DNA of 64,000 nt from Oscillospiraceae bacterium (GCA_015063985.1 SVTC01000007.1:35477-99476), one strand, 5' to 3'; positions 1-9,712 are shown, counted from the first letter of the stretch. Notes: generated by a model from the sequence alone, not told the origin. Numbers and translations are program-made.

Positions 1-96
1 GAGCTCGTCCCCGATGACGTAAAGGTCATTCCATTCAGCGCACTTAACGGCGAAAACGCCGACGAAATAAGAGAAATCCTCTTTTCTGCCGTTTAA
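1..96 (+). CDS. C-terminal fragment of a GTP-binding protein, probably ribosome-biogenesis GTPase EngB/YsxC (5' end outside window)
   Basis: Frame 1 reads ELVPDDVKVIPFSALNGENADEIREILFSAV and ends at TAA 94-96. This resembles the C-terminal tail of EngB-type GTPases. The fragment is too short for certainty. Confidence 0.4.
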   Translation, partial: ELVPDDVKVIPFSALNGENADEIREILFSAV

Positions 97-138
97 AACC
101 AAGCTTGCGTGCCATACTAAGAAAAAACGGAGGAAAGT

Positions 139-420
139 ATGGCAATAACCCTTTGCTGTCACGGCCACCCCAATGTAACCTTAGCACCCGATGCTCCCCC
201 GCAGACCCTTTGGTGTGCGATGGATCAAAAAAGCACGGTAAGCTTTTCCAGCATCGGAGAAAATAAAGCAATGCTCAGTGTAAACCGAACGGTATTTTTA
301 AAAAACTCAAAAATAGAGCAATCGGAATATCCCGTCAGTTACGACAGAAAGCTATCGGTGGAGCAAAATCTACTCAACTGCGCCGCAAAACTCATCACAG
401 AGAAAGGAAAAGAAAAATGA
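139..420 (+). CDS. hypothetical 93-aa protein, translationally coupled to the downstream helicase
   Basis: GGAGG lies 6 nt upstream of the ATG at 139. The stop overlaps the next start in an ATGA at 417-420. I recognise no motif. Confidence 0.5.
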   Translation: MAITLCCHGHPNVTLAPDAPPQTLWCAMDQKSTVSFSSIGENKAMLSVNRTVFLKNSKIEQSEYPVSYDRKLSVEQNLLNCAAKLITEKGKEK

Positions 421-2600
421 ATACACAAAAGCCCGTCTTTTCCTTCAACGCCGAGGAGCTGATCCGACTCAGCTCGGATCTTATCTTTCCGACCATAAAG
501 CCCCATACCCACGCTATGCCCAAAGCCGATAACTCATTCCCCGATGCCGCCTTGTCCTGCAAGGTGGAGCGGGGATCTTTTGTCCTTGAGCTGACCGCGG
601 TATGCGATATGGTTACCAAAACCGAATCGGGATATTGTGCGGACTACGTTTCATCACCCGAAAATCCTCTCCACCGTCTAAACGCTCTTGTCTGCGCCGC
701 GATCCTTTGCCGTTCCCGCAAGCTTGATTCTGTCACGGTCAGAGAGGCAAGCTTTAAAAACAAGCTTTGGAGCTTTAAAAGCGAAGGCTTTTCCGCATCG
801 GCTCTTTCGGAGGCGCTGGAGCGCCGCATAGATATTCTCTGTAAGCTCATTGAAAAAACAAAGCTAAAAAGCAAAGCCCCCGTATTTCCCCATCCATCTC
901 TCCGCGAAGGTCAACGGGAGCTTATGGATGCCTGCTACGATACGATAAAGTCAAAAAAGAAGCTCTTCGTTTGCGCGCCCACGGGAATGGGCAAGACCCT
1001 TTCCTTCCTCTACCCCGCACTGAAGGCAGTGGAAAGATCAAGAGCAAAGCGAGTAATATTCGTTACCCCCAAGGGCTCTACTCAGGCTCAGGTGCAAAAA
1101 AGCGCCGAAAGCCTGTGCAAGGGTGTAGTATCTATGATACTGCCTTCAAGACAAAGCCTTTGCTACCGCTCTGCCCAACGCTGTGAATGCTGCAGCTCGG
1201 GAAAGCTCAGCGCCGCCCTGGAAATGCTCTTCGATAATTCCCGTATCACTCCCTCTCATATACTCTCCGCCGCCCGCGCCTTTTCCGTATGCCCCACCGC
1301 ACTGGCGCGTACCGCATCACGGCTTTGCGATCTTATTATCTGCGATTACAATTTTCTTTTTGACCCCAAGGCAAAGCTTGATTATTTTTGCGACAAGCAA
1401 AGCATTCTGCTTATAGATGAGGCTCACAATCTTCCTGACAGAGTCAGCGCCTGCCTTTCCTCATCCATCTCCCCCGAGGATATCAGTAAGCTTAAAGAGC
1501 TCTTCCCGCCCACCTCCCTTTCAGCGCCACTGACCGATGAGCTGTCCCGCCGCTTTGAAGTCCAAGCCCGAGCACTTGAAAACGGAAAGGAGAGCATATC
1601 CTCCCAAAGCGCCGACAAGGAAGCCGAGCTATGCAACAAGATATTTGCCGCCTTCTATACCCTTGACTTACTCTCACACCCCCAAAAGGCGGAGCTTCTG
1701 TACAGATTCAAGCATTTTTATAAAACCAACAACACCTTCAGCCAAGGCTACGTAAAGGTCATAACTCCCGACGGAGGCATAAGGCTCTGTCTTGCGGATC
1801 CCTCGGAGCATATCAGAAGCTGCTGCAGTCAATTTGGCAGCGCAGTGTTCTTCAGCGCCACTCTCATTCCCGAGGAATATTTCACTTTGGCTTTGGGCGC
1901 CGACCCCTGCGACGGCTTCATCCATGGCACATCCCCCTTTGACCCGGACTCTCTCGGTCTCTTCGCCTTTCCCTTGAATACCTCCCTTTCCTGCCGCGGA
2001 CAAAGCATGATAGCCCTTTGCAAGGTCATAAAGGCATCCACCTCCCACAGGGGAAGATACATAGCCTTTTTCCCCTCCTTCGAGTACCTATACAGCGCCA
2101 AGACCGCAATTTCATCCTTTTTAAAAAACCTTAAAGTGATCACCCAAGAGCAAAATATGTCCCCTCAAAGCAGAGCTCAATTCTTCACCGAGCTGAGCCA
2201 AGGCGATACAAACAGATCCGTCCTTGCTCTCTGCGTTCTGGGCGGACTCTTCTCCGAGGGCATTGAGCTTCCCGATGCATCACTTGACGGGGTCATAGTG
2301 GTAGGCAGTGGTATGATTCCCCCATCGCCCGAGCGAGAGGCGGTGTGCTTCTATTATAACGAAAACGATTTCGACGGCAGATCCTTTGCCTACACCCTCC
2401 CCGGCTTTAACAAGGTGCTCCAGGCGATAGGCAGAGTCATCCGCAAGGAATCGGATCGCGGAATAGCAGTGCTTTGCGACCGCCATTTCGCCGACGGCTC
2501 CTTTGATACCCTCTTCCCCGAGCACCTCCCCGAGCTTCAGGTCTGTGCAACACCTAACGAGCTTCTCGCACGTATTCGCAAATTCCACACTCCCATTTAA
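417..2600 (+). CDS. Rad3/XPD/DinG-family ATP-dependent DNA helicase with a non-helicase N-terminal region of about 170 aa
   Basis: Walker A motif VCAPTGMGKTL, DEAH box LLIDEAHNL, a Cys-rich insert (CYRSAQRCECCSSGK) where XPD-type Fe-S clusters sit, and C-terminal helicase motifs (GRVIRKESDRG). Confidence 0.8.
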   Translation: MNTQKPVFSFNAEELIRLSSDLIFPTIKPHTHAMPKADNSFPDAALSCKVERGSFVLELTAVCDMVTKTESGYCADYVSSPENPLHRLNALVCAAILCRSRKLDSVTVREASFKNKLWSFKSEGFSASALSEALERRIDILCKLIEKTKLKSKAPVFPHPSLREGQRELMDACYDTIKSKKKLFVCAPTGMGKTLSFLYPALKAVERSRAKRVIFVTPKGSTQAQVQKSAESLCKGVVSMILPSRQSLCYRSAQRCECCSSGKLSAALEMLFDNSRITPSHILSAARAFSVCPTALARTASRLCDLIICDYNFLFDPKAKLDYFCDKQSILLIDEAHNLPDRVSACLSSSISPEDISKLKELFPPTSLSAPLTDELSRRFEVQARALENGKESISSQSADKEAELCNKIFAAFYTLDLLSHPQKAELLYRFKHFYKTNNTFSQGYVKVITPDGGIRLCLADPSEHIRSCCSQFGSAVFFSATLIPEEYFTLALGADPCDGFIHGTSPFDPDSLGLFAFPLNTSLSCRGQSMIALCKVIKASTSHRGRYIAFFPSFEYLYSAKTAISSFLKNLKVITQEQNMSPQSRAQFFTELSQGDTNRSVLALCVLGGLFSEGIELPDASLDGVIVVGSGMIPPSPEREAVCFYYNENDFDGRSFAYTLPGFNKVLQAIGRVIRKESDRGIAVLCDRHFADGSFDTLFPEHLPELQVCATPNELLARIRKFHTPI

Positions 2601-2620
2601 AAATGCGGACAAATTTTTTG

Positions 2621-2649
2621 TTGCAAATATGATATAGTTGTAGTATAAT
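2621..2649 (+). promoter_or_regulatory. sigma-A type promoter for glnA
   Basis: TTGCAA (2621-2626), a 17-nt spacer, then TATAAT (2644-2649). It lies about 30 nt upstream of the AGGAG RBS of glnA. Confidence 0.6.
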
Positions 2650-2679
2650 GGAAATATAATATACTAAGGAGATAACAGT

Positions 2680-4104
2680 ATGAATGAAAAAATCAAGGCC
2701 ATAATGGACCTTATCAAGACCGAAGGTATTGAAATGGTCGATTTCAAGATGGTCGACATCAACGGAGCCTTCCGCCACGTCACTGTTCCCGCACACAGCT
2801 TCAATGAAGAAATGATGACCGACGGTATCGGCTTTGACGCCTCCAACTACGGCTACGCAGTTGTTGAAAAGAGCGATATGGTATTCATTCCCGACCCCGA
2901 CACCGCTTTTATCGACCCCTTCTGCGATATCCCCACTCTGTCAATGAGCGGAAACGCAATGATAATCGACTATCCCGAAAACCGTCCCTTGGCTCAGTAT
3001 CCCAGAAATATCGTTGTTGCCGCAGAAAAATATATGCAGGATCAGGGCATAGCAGACGAGATCCTTATCCTCCCCGAGTTTGAATTCTATCTTTTCGATC
3101 AGGTAGGCTGGGAGGTAAAGCCCCATTCCATCGCAATGGATCTCGACGCCGAAGCCGCTTATTGGAACAGCGCAACAGACGGCAGCGGAAACGTGGTTCC
3201 CAAGCAGAAGAACTACCACATTGCCAAGCCCTTTGACACCTCCTACGAGATCAGAAGCGAAATGTGCCGCCTTATCGAGCAGGTGGGTATCCCCGTAAAA
3301 TATCATCATCCCGAGGTTGGCGCCGCAGGTCAGTTTGAGATCGAGCCCAAGCTTGGCAAGCTCTCCAAAATGGCAGACGGAACCATGATGATAAAGTACA
3401 TAATCAGAAATACCGCCGCAAAACACGGCAAGAGCGCAACCCTTATGCCCAAGCCCGTTATGGGCGAGGCAGGCAACGGTATGCACGTTCATATGCTTCT
3501 TATGAAGGACGGCCGGCCCGTGTTCAGCGATGACAACGGCTACGCTCACCTGAGCCGCGAAGCTCATTGGTTTATCGGCGGACTTTTGAAGCATATCAGT
3601 GCGCTCTGCGCCATCACCAATCCCAGCACCAACTCCTTCAAGCGTCTCGTTCCCGGCTTTGAGGCTCCCGTAACCGTGGGCTATGCCACAAGCAACCGCA
3701 GCGCGGTCATCCGTATCCCCGCATACGCAAAGCGTCCCGAGGAGCGCCGCTTCGAGCTGAGAAATCCCGATGCCACCTGCAACCCCTATTTCTGCTACGC
3801 CGCCATCCTTATGGCAGGTCTTGACGGAATCAAGAACAAGATCGATCCCAAGGAAAACGGCTGGGGCCCCTACGACTTTAACCTCTTCAACCTTCCCGAG
3901 GAGGAGAAAAAGAAGCTCAAGGGCTTGCCCACCTCCCTGGATGCCGCGTTGGATGCCCTCGAGGCAGATCACGACTTTCTCACCGAGGGCGGAGTATTCC
4001 CCCTGCACCTTATCGAGAAGTTCATTTCCACCAAGCGCGACGAGCTTCGCCAGATGGCAGCCATCCCCCATCCCGCAGAATTTGAAAGATACTACAACCT
4101 TTAA
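2680..4104 (+). CDS. glnA: glutamine synthetase, type I
   Basis: 474 aa with GS signatures NGMHVHMLL, SNRSAVIRIP and RFELRNPD. The RBS is AAGGAG. Confidence 0.95.
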   Translation: MNEKIKAIMDLIKTEGIEMVDFKMVDINGAFRHVTVPAHSFNEEMMTDGIGFDASNYGYAVVEKSDMVFIPDPDTAFIDPFCDIPTLSMSGNAMIIDYPENRPLAQYPRNIVVAAEKYMQDQGIADEILILPEFEFYLFDQVGWEVKPHSIAMDLDAEAAYWNSATDGSGNVVPKQKNYHIAKPFDTSYEIRSEMCRLIEQVGIPVKYHHPEVGAAGQFEIEPKLGKLSKMADGTMMIKYIIRNTAAKHGKSATLMPKPVMGEAGNGMHVHMLLMKDGRPVFSDDNGYAHLSREAHWFIGGLLKHISALCAITNPSTNSFKRLVPGFEAPVTVGYATSNRSAVIRIPAYAKRPEERRFELRNPDATCNPYFCYAAILMAGLDGIKNKIDPKENGWGPYDFNLFNLPEEEKKKLKGLPTSLDAALDALEADHDFLTEGGVFPLHLIEKFISTKRDELRQMAAIPHPAEFERYYNL

Positions 4105-4178
4105 TTAAATAATACTATTTACTTTTCGGTTTTTTTGTGGTAAAATAAGCAAAACTTCATATTTAAGGAGATAATTTT

Positions 4179-4418
4179 ATGGACATTTTGAAGAAATTAT
4201 GGCCCACAGCCTTCGCGATCAAGGCCAAAGACGTCGTTTCCTTCGTTATCCAGCTTGTGATCTTTTTGGTGGTTTGCGCAGTTGTCGGCTGGCTTATCGC
4301 AGTTCTGGCTTCCATCCCCGTTATCGGCATAATCTTCGGTATCATCGGAGCTCTGATGGAGATCTACTCCGTAGTGGGAATCATACTTTGTATTCTCAAA
4401 TTCCTGGGAATGCTGTAA
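4179..4418 (+). CDS. small integral membrane protein (two predicted TM helices), unknown function
   Basis: 79 aa, strongly hydrophobic, AAGGAG RBS, followed by a terminator hairpin. Confidence 0.6.
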   Translation: MDILKKLWPTAFAIKAKDVVSFVIQLVIFLVVCAVVGWLIAVLASIPVIGIIFGIIGALMEIYSVVGIILCILKFLGML

Positions 4419-4431
4419 AAGCAAAATTAAA

Positions 4432-4466
4432 GAGTCTGCACCCGGTGCAGGCTCTTTTTCTTTATC
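4432..4466. terminator. bidirectional intrinsic terminator between convergent genes
   Basis: GAGTCTGCAC ccg GTGCAGGCTC stem with one G-U pair, followed by TTTTTC. It is flanked by A-rich sequence on the other side. Confidence 0.6.
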
Positions 4467-5043
4467 TGAAAAGAGATGAAAAAAAGTCCAGAATGAAAAA
4501 TCTTAAATTTCTCTCATTGCCTGACGAGAACACTCCGTCTTCAAATATCTCGCCGTCCGGAGTGGATGCCGAAAGGCAGGCGGGCGGAAACATAACGCAC
4601 CACCAATTTTCTCCTTCTCCCTTCCCCAGGCTGATCCTCAGAGAAAGGTACTCCCCTGCGGGGAGACTTATCTTATCATAATGCCTCGTAGGATAATATT
4701 CCTTCCCAAAGCTCACCTCGGATAAGTATTCTGCGCCGTTTTTCTTTAAAAATACGTCGGCGAAGCACTTGATATCGGCTTTATTTCTCTCCAATACCCT
4801 TGCCGCCTCCTCAACGCTTTCGCAATCCTCCACCATCCCCTCCACGTAAAGACAAACACTGTCCTTTAAAGCCATCTTCAAGGAAATATCCTCACTTGAA
4901 TTACTGTTTGCGGGCACGTGCAGCCTTATCACCGAGGAATATATCCCGCTGTCCCGACTCAAGGGCAAGACCACGGTGTAAAGCAGTATCACCACAAGGC
5001 TTAAAACACCAATCCTCTTAAGAGCTTCCTTTGTTTTTTCCAA
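4462..5043 (-). CDS. spoIIR: stage II sporulation protein R
   Basis: N-terminal signal/TM segment and the conserved WWCVMFPPAC motif typical of SpoIIR. The size (193 aa) fits. Confidence 0.75.
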   Translation of the reverse strand: MEKTKEALKRIGVLSLVVILLYTVVLPLSRDSGIYSSVIRLHVPANSNSSEDISLKMALKDSVCLYVEGMVEDCESVEEAARVLERNKADIKCFADVFLKKNGAEYLSEVSFGKEYYPTRHYDKISLPAGEYLSLRISLGKGEGENWWCVMFPPACLSASTPDGEIFEDGVFSSGNERNLRFFILDFFSSLFR

Positions 5044-5079
5044 AATAAAAAATCGCCTCCTTTGAGACGATTTTTGACT

Positions 5080-5964
5080 TCATATAAGTGTTTTATTCAC
5101 AAACTCCACACTGTATGCGGTAATTTTTTCCTTTCTCAAGGCATCGCAACAGCTTTTTGCGCCAAGCTCATCGAAAAATACACCGAACACAGATGGGCCC
5201 GAGCCACTCATAACAGAGCATTTTGCGCCCATTGAAAGCATTTTTTCCTTCAAGATCGCAATCGCAGGCCTTTTGGGGATGCTTACCTGCTCCATAACGT
5301 TAAAAACGCTTTTACTCATCAGCTCCGGATCCCCATTCCTCAACGCCTCCACGCACTGAGAGGTCAAGGGGTGGCTCTCGTAGCTTTCAAGGGAATCGTA
5401 AAGACTGTACATCTGAGGTGTGGACAAGCCTGCAGTGTTTTTTGCTATTACCGCATAGGCGCAAAGCCTCGACTGAAAGCTCTCCATCACCTCGCCCCTG
5501 CCTCGGCATACGGCGGTACCGCCCACCGTGGTAAAGGCGACGTCCGAGCCTACCTTTGCCGATATTTTGCAAAGCTCGGCCTTGTCTCCCTTGGAGAAAT
5601 ATTTTGCCAGAAGCCTTATCACCGCACTTCCGTCGGCGCTTCCTCCTCCCAAGCCCGCACAAACGGGTATGTTCTTTGAAAGGTGGATATCAAAGCCTCT
5701 GTCCTCTATTCCAAAATAATCAAAATAGGCATTGGCTGCCTTTATGCAGATATTATCCCCATTCTTCGGAACAGAATTGCTTTCGGAGATCATCCTCAGC
5801 TCTCCGAAGGCGTTTTTTTCAATACCGACTCTGTCATACAAGCCCGTAAGCTGCATAAGGGATTCTATCTCGTGAAATCCGTCGTCCCTTTTTGAAAGGA
5901 TATCCAGAGTAAGGTTTATTTTTGCATATGCCTTTTCACTGAGCATCGTCGTCTTCTCCGTCAT
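5080..5964 (-). CDS. ispE: 4-diphosphocytidyl-2-C-methyl-D-erythritol kinase
   Basis: AKINLTLDI N-terminus and the GHMP kinase motif PVCAGLGGGSADGSA. The start may be the internal Met at 5946. Confidence 0.9.
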   Translation of the reverse strand: MTEKTTMLSEKAYAKINLTLDILSKRDDGFHEIESLMQLTGLYDRVGIEKNAFGELRMISESNSVPKNGDNICIKAANAYFDYFGIEDRGFDIHLSKNIPVCAGLGGGSADGSAVIRLLAKYFSKGDKAELCKISAKVGSDVAFTTVGGTAVCRGRGEVMESFQSRLCAYAVIAKNTAGLSTPQMYSLYDSLESYESHPLTSQCVEALRNGDPELMSKSVFNVMEQVSIPKRPAIAILKEKMLSMGAKCSVMSGSGPSVFGVFFDELGAKSCCDALRKEKITAYSVEFVNKTLI

Positions 5965-6697
5965 CCACCAGAGATCTTGGTCTTTTCTTCTCCTTGGGCT
6001 TCTCCTCAGCCTCAGGCTCCTTCTTTTCTCCGATGCGCTTTTCAGTGCCGTTCTTCAGCCTTAAGATATTGTCCTTATGCATTACGATAATAAACGCAGC
6101 TATTGCCACCGCAAACAAGGCGGTAGTGAAAAAGCTGTTGGCAGAGGTAAATTTAATGCTGATCAAAGGATACATAGCCGCGGCAGTGATGGATGCCACC
6201 GAAACGATCTTTGTGACCCAAAGCATAAGTCCCCACACCAAGGCAAGAAGCAAAAATACCACAGGATCAATTATAAGCACGGTTACCGCGGCAACCAGCA
6301 CACCCTTTCCGCCCTTGAAATTATAATAAAGTGGGAAAACGTGTCCGAATATGCAAAAGAAGCCTCCGAGATGAGCGCCGCCAAAGGCTCTTCCCACTAT
6401 CAAGGAGCTGATAAGCACCGCTATCAAAGCCTTCAAAACGTCTCCCAGCAGGGTCAGTATGCCCGCTTTTTTGCCAAAAACTCTGAACATATTGGTCATT
6501 CCCGCATTTTTTGAGCCGTAGCTTCTTATGTCCTTCTTATAAAGACCGCGGGAAACTATGATCGCGGTATTAACGCTTCCCAAAAGATAGCTCACTATAG
6601 AGGAAATGGTATATCCCACCAAAAGCATTGCTATAAAGCTTTCGCCTGCGCCGGCCTTGTATATCAAGCCTTCGTTAATCAGCTTAAGAAAAAGCAT
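5936..6697 (-). CDS. plsY: glycerol-3-phosphate acyltransferase PlsY with a charged C-terminal tail
   Basis: GSKNAGMTN and FKGGKGV motifs with multiple TM helices. The unusual Lys/Glu/Asp-rich C-terminus overlaps the ispE start. Confidence 0.9.
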   Translation of the reverse strand: MLFLKLINEGLIYKAGAGESFIAMLLVGYTISSIVSYLLGSVNTAIIVSRGLYKKDIRSYGSKNAGMTNMFRVFGKKAGILTLLGDVLKALIAVLISSLIVGRAFGGAHLGGFFCIFGHVFPLYYNFKGGKGVLVAAVTVLIIDPVVFLLLALVWGLMLWVTKIVSVASITAAAMYPLISIKFTSANSFFTTALFAVAIAAFIIVMHKDNILRLKNGTEKRIGEKKEPEAEEKPKEKKRPRSLVDDGEDDDAQ

Positions 6698-6708
6698 AAT
6701 TATCTCCT

Positions 6709-8046
6709 TTACAGCTCGGGAGCGCTTTCGCCCTTCTCACGGATCACCAAGCGAATGGGTGTTCCTCTGAAGCCGAATGCCTCTCTGAGACAGTTTTCAA
6801 TGTATCTTTGATAAGAAAAATGGAAAAGCTCAGCCTTGTTGCAGAAAATAACAAACTCCGGCGGCTGAACCCCCGTCTGAGTCATATAATATATCTTCAG
6901 CCTTCTTCCCTTATCTGTGGGAGGCTGTACACGGGAGGTCGCATCGTTAAGAAGGTCGTTGAGCATACCCGTGGTGATCCTCTTAAGGCTCTGCAGATGT
7001 ACTGCATTGATCTCCTCAAAAAGCCTGTCTATACGCTGCCCCGTCTTTGCGGAAATATATACAACGGGAGCATAGGTCATATAGGGGAACATATTATATA
7101 TCTCTTTTGTATAGTTCTTAACAGTCTCGTTATCTTTATCGATAAGATCCCACTTATTGACCGCGATAACCGATGCCTTTCCCACTTCATGGGCGATTCC
7201 GGCAATTCTTGCATCCTGGAAGGCGGTTCCGTCGGAGGCATCTATGAGAAGAACGCATACGTCGGCTCTTTCCACCGCAAGCTTCGAGCGGATAACGGAA
7301 TATTTCTCTATGGAATCATTGATCCTGGCGTTTCTCCTTATTCCCGCAGTGTCGATAAGGTTAAACACTCCGTGCTTGTTTTCCACCCTGCTGTCAACGG
7401 CATCACGGGTGGTTCCCGCAACGTCGGATACAATAAGCCTCTTTTCTCCCAGGATCTTGTTTATCAGCGAGCTTTTTCCCGCGTTGGGCCTTCCTATGAC
7501 CGCAACGTTGATAAGCTCCTTGTCATCCTCCTCATTTTCCTGAGGCGGCAACAGCTCACATACCTGATCCAGAATATCTCCCGAACCCGTTCCGTGAATG
7601 GAGCTCAGCGCAAAAGGGCCGTATTCATAGCCCAGCTCGTAAAATTCATAAAACTCCAACGGAAGCTCTCCTATGCTGTCCACCTTGTTTACCGCAAGAA
7701 TAACGGGCTTTCCGGAGCGCTTCATAAACGCCGCCAGCTCTCTGTCCTCCGCGGTAACGCCCGCACGGATGTCCGCCATATAGATTATAACGTCGGCGGT
7801 CTCCATAGCAAGCTCCGCCTGCTCCTTGATATAGGATACTATCTCATCCTGAGGACGGGATTCTATTCCTCCCGTATCTATAAGCACCATATCTCTGCCG
7901 TTCCAGCGTATCTGAAAATAGATCCTGTCCCTTGTCACACCGGGAGTATCGGCAACAATGGATATTCGCTGACCCGATATTTTATTGAAAAAGGTACTCT
8001 TTCCCACGTTGGGTCTGCCAACAATGGCAACTATCGGCTTAGCCAT
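6709..8046 (-). CDS. der: ribosome-associated GTPase Der/EngA
   Basis: Two tandem GTPase domains (GRPNVGKST and GRPNAGKSS P-loops) plus a KH-like C-terminus. Confidence 0.95.
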   Translation of the reverse strand: MAKPIVAIVGRPNVGKSTFFNKISGQRISIVADTPGVTRDRIYFQIRWNGRDMVLIDTGGIESRPQDEIVSYIKEQAELAMETADVIIYMADIRAGVTAEDRELAAFMKRSGKPVILAVNKVDSIGELPLEFYEFYELGYEYGPFALSSIHGTGSGDILDQVCELLPPQENEEDDKELINVAVIGRPNAGKSSLINKILGEKRLIVSDVAGTTRDAVDSRVENKHGVFNLIDTAGIRRNARINDSIEKYSVIRSKLAVERADVCVLLIDASDGTAFQDARIAGIAHEVGKASVIAVNKWDLIDKDNETVKNYTKEIYNMFPYMTYAPVVYISAKTGQRIDRLFEEINAVHLQSLKRITTGMLNDLLNDATSRVQPPTDKGRRLKIYYMTQTGVQPPEFVIFCNKAELFHFSYQRYIENCLREAFGFRGTPIRLVIREKGESAPEL

Positions 8047-8049
8047 ATA

Positions 8050-9357
8050 TTACTCCTTTCTCACAGTCAGTGCATCCACAAGCTCTCGGGCACTGTCCGT
8101 AAAGATTATTTTTCTGTTTAATCTTTCCTCAAGCTCCTCGGTAGTCATGGAATCCAGAAACTGATCTCCCTGACTCCTGAGCATTCTGGCAGGAAGTATT
8201 ACCCTGTCGCCAAGCTCAACACCCTTTGCCGCAGCGATAATATCGCTTCCCGTAAGAAGCCCCGCAACGGTGACCTCTCCGCCAAAGAAACGGTTCTTTG
8301 CACAGATCACCTCAAAGCTTCCCTTGGCATCGGTGCGGGCTTTTATTTTTTCCACCCAGCTCCTCATCGACTCATATGCGCTCTCTCCGGTAAAAAGAGT
8401 TACGCTTCCGCCGTAACCCTCTCCCGCATCGCAAAGAGCATCCTCCAGCTCCTCGTCCATAAGAGCAAGAGCACCCACTCCGTTATCAAGCTGAGGATAG
8501 CCCTCGTAAAAGTCGCCGTCGGGTATTTTTCTCTGCGCCTTTAAATAAAACTCGTCGGAGCAGAAAACAAAGCGGGTCATTCTTTCCTCCAGCGCCTTTT
8601 TTGCAAAGCTGTCGGTAATATCAATGACCTCCCCGGCGCTGATCTTATCATAAGGCTCTATGGGGTAAAGGCCGCTACGGTAAGCAGTCAGACCCGCAGG
8701 CACCACCGCCACGCTTTCCACCGAGTCTCCGAGCTCATACAGATCGGCAAGAGTACGCTTTAAGCTTTCTTTGTCGTTGATGCCCTTACAGAGAACTATC
8801 TGACAGTTCAGGGATATTCCCCCGTCACAAAGATACTTGAGCTTTTGCAAAACGTCACCGGCAAAGCGGTTATTGAGCATCATACACCGAAGCTCGGGAT
8901 CCGTGGTGTGCACCGAAACGTTAACGGGCGAGAGTCTCATTTTTATGATTCGGTCAAGCTCATTGTAGGATACGTTTGTAAGAGTAACGTAATTCCCCAT
9001 TAAAAAGCTCAGCCTGGTATCGTCATCCTTAAAGTAGACGGTCTCTCTCATTCCGGGAGGATTCTGGTCGATAAAGCAAAAAATACATTTATTTGTGCAT
9101 GAGCATTTTTTATCCATAAGATAAGTGTCAAACTCAAGACCTATATCGGTATATTCACCCTTGGTAAAGCTGAGAGTATATTCCTCGCCGTCTCTTTTCA
9201 GCAAAAGCTTCACTCTCTTCTCGGTAAGGTAAAATCTGTAATCAAGAACGTCCCTGATAGGGTTGGAGTTTATCTCGAGAAGCATGTCTCCCGCCTTGAT
9301 CCCCTGCCTTTGAGCTATGGAGCCCTCGGCAACGCCCGATATTGTAACCACAAGCAT
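8050..9357 (-). CDS. DUF512 / PDZ-domain radical-SAM-like protein (the family usually found upstream of der in Clostridia)
   Basis: N-terminal PDZ-like segment (GIKAGDMLLEINS), CxxxCxFC motif (CTNKCIFCF), and position directly upstream of der. The exact start is uncertain: AGGAGG abuts the ATG at 9357, and a GTG at 9351 is also possible. Confidence 0.7.
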   Translation of the reverse strand: MLVVTISGVAEGSIAQRQGIKAGDMLLEINSNPIRDVLDYRFYLTEKRVKLLLKRDGEEYTLSFTKGEYTDIGLEFDTYLMDKKCSCTNKCIFCFIDQNPPGMRETVYFKDDDTRLSFLMGNYVTLTNVSYNELDRIIKMRLSPVNVSVHTTDPELRCMMLNNRFAGDVLQKLKYLCDGGISLNCQIVLCKGINDKESLKRTLADLYELGDSVESVAVVPAGLTAYRSGLYPIEPYDKISAGEVIDITDSFAKKALEERMTRFVFCSDEFYLKAQRKIPDGDFYEGYPQLDNGVGALALMDEELEDALCDAGEGYGGSVTLFTGESAYESMRSWVEKIKARTDAKGSFEVICAKNRFFGGEVTVAGLLTGSDIIAAAKGVELGDRVILPARMLRSQGDQFLDSMTTEELEERLNRKIIFTDSARELVDALTVRKE

Positions 9358-9373
9358 CCTCCTTTCAAAAAGT

Positions 9374-9457
9374 AAAGGAAGACACGCCAAAGGCAACCGA
9401 TAACAGCCTCTTGAAATTATCGGCTGTCAGCGGTTGTCATATAGCATATCTTCCTTT
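9374..9457. repeat. AAAGGAAGA(C)/TCTTCCTTT inverted repeat enclosing a CCGATAA/TTATCGG hairpin; probable rpmF terminator
   Basis: AAAGGAAGAC at 9374-9383 and TCTTCCTTT at 9449-9457, with an inner stem at 9397-9403/9417-9423. The outer arms have the same sequence as those bounding the hairpin-ladder elements at 34.1 and 60.5 kb. Confidence 0.45.
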
Positions 9458-9482
9458 TAGTACGTCCACGGAAGGTTTTTAC

Positions 9483-9668
9483 TTATGCCTTCGCATCCAT
9501 ATTCACAACGACCTTGCCGTCATATTTGCCGCAATTGGAGCAAACTCTGTGAGGAAGGTTGTATGTGCCGCAGGAGCAAAGTGTCATTGCGGGAGCGCTA
9601 AGCTTCCAAACACTGGAACGTCTCTTGTCTCTTCTCGCTTTAGAAGTTTTTCTCTTCGGTACTGCCAT
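9483..9668 (-). CDS. rpmF: 50S ribosomal protein L32
   Basis: [18 protein letters not shown]-terminus, 61 aa. Confidence 0.95.
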   Translation of the reverse strand: MAVPKRKTSKARRDKRRSSVWKLSAPAMTLCSCGTYNLPHRVCSNCGKYDGKVVVNMDAKA

Positions 9669-9712
9669 GATCCTAACATCCTTTCAAATTTTAGCAATGA
9701 TCGCAACCGATC

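Noticed and set aside
417-2600. The DinG-like helicase as part of a type IV CRISPR or another defence system.
   Set aside because: No cas, nuclease or methylase neighbours are present. It sits in a conserved housekeeping stretch between engB and glnA. The evidence only supports a Rad3/DinG-family helicase.
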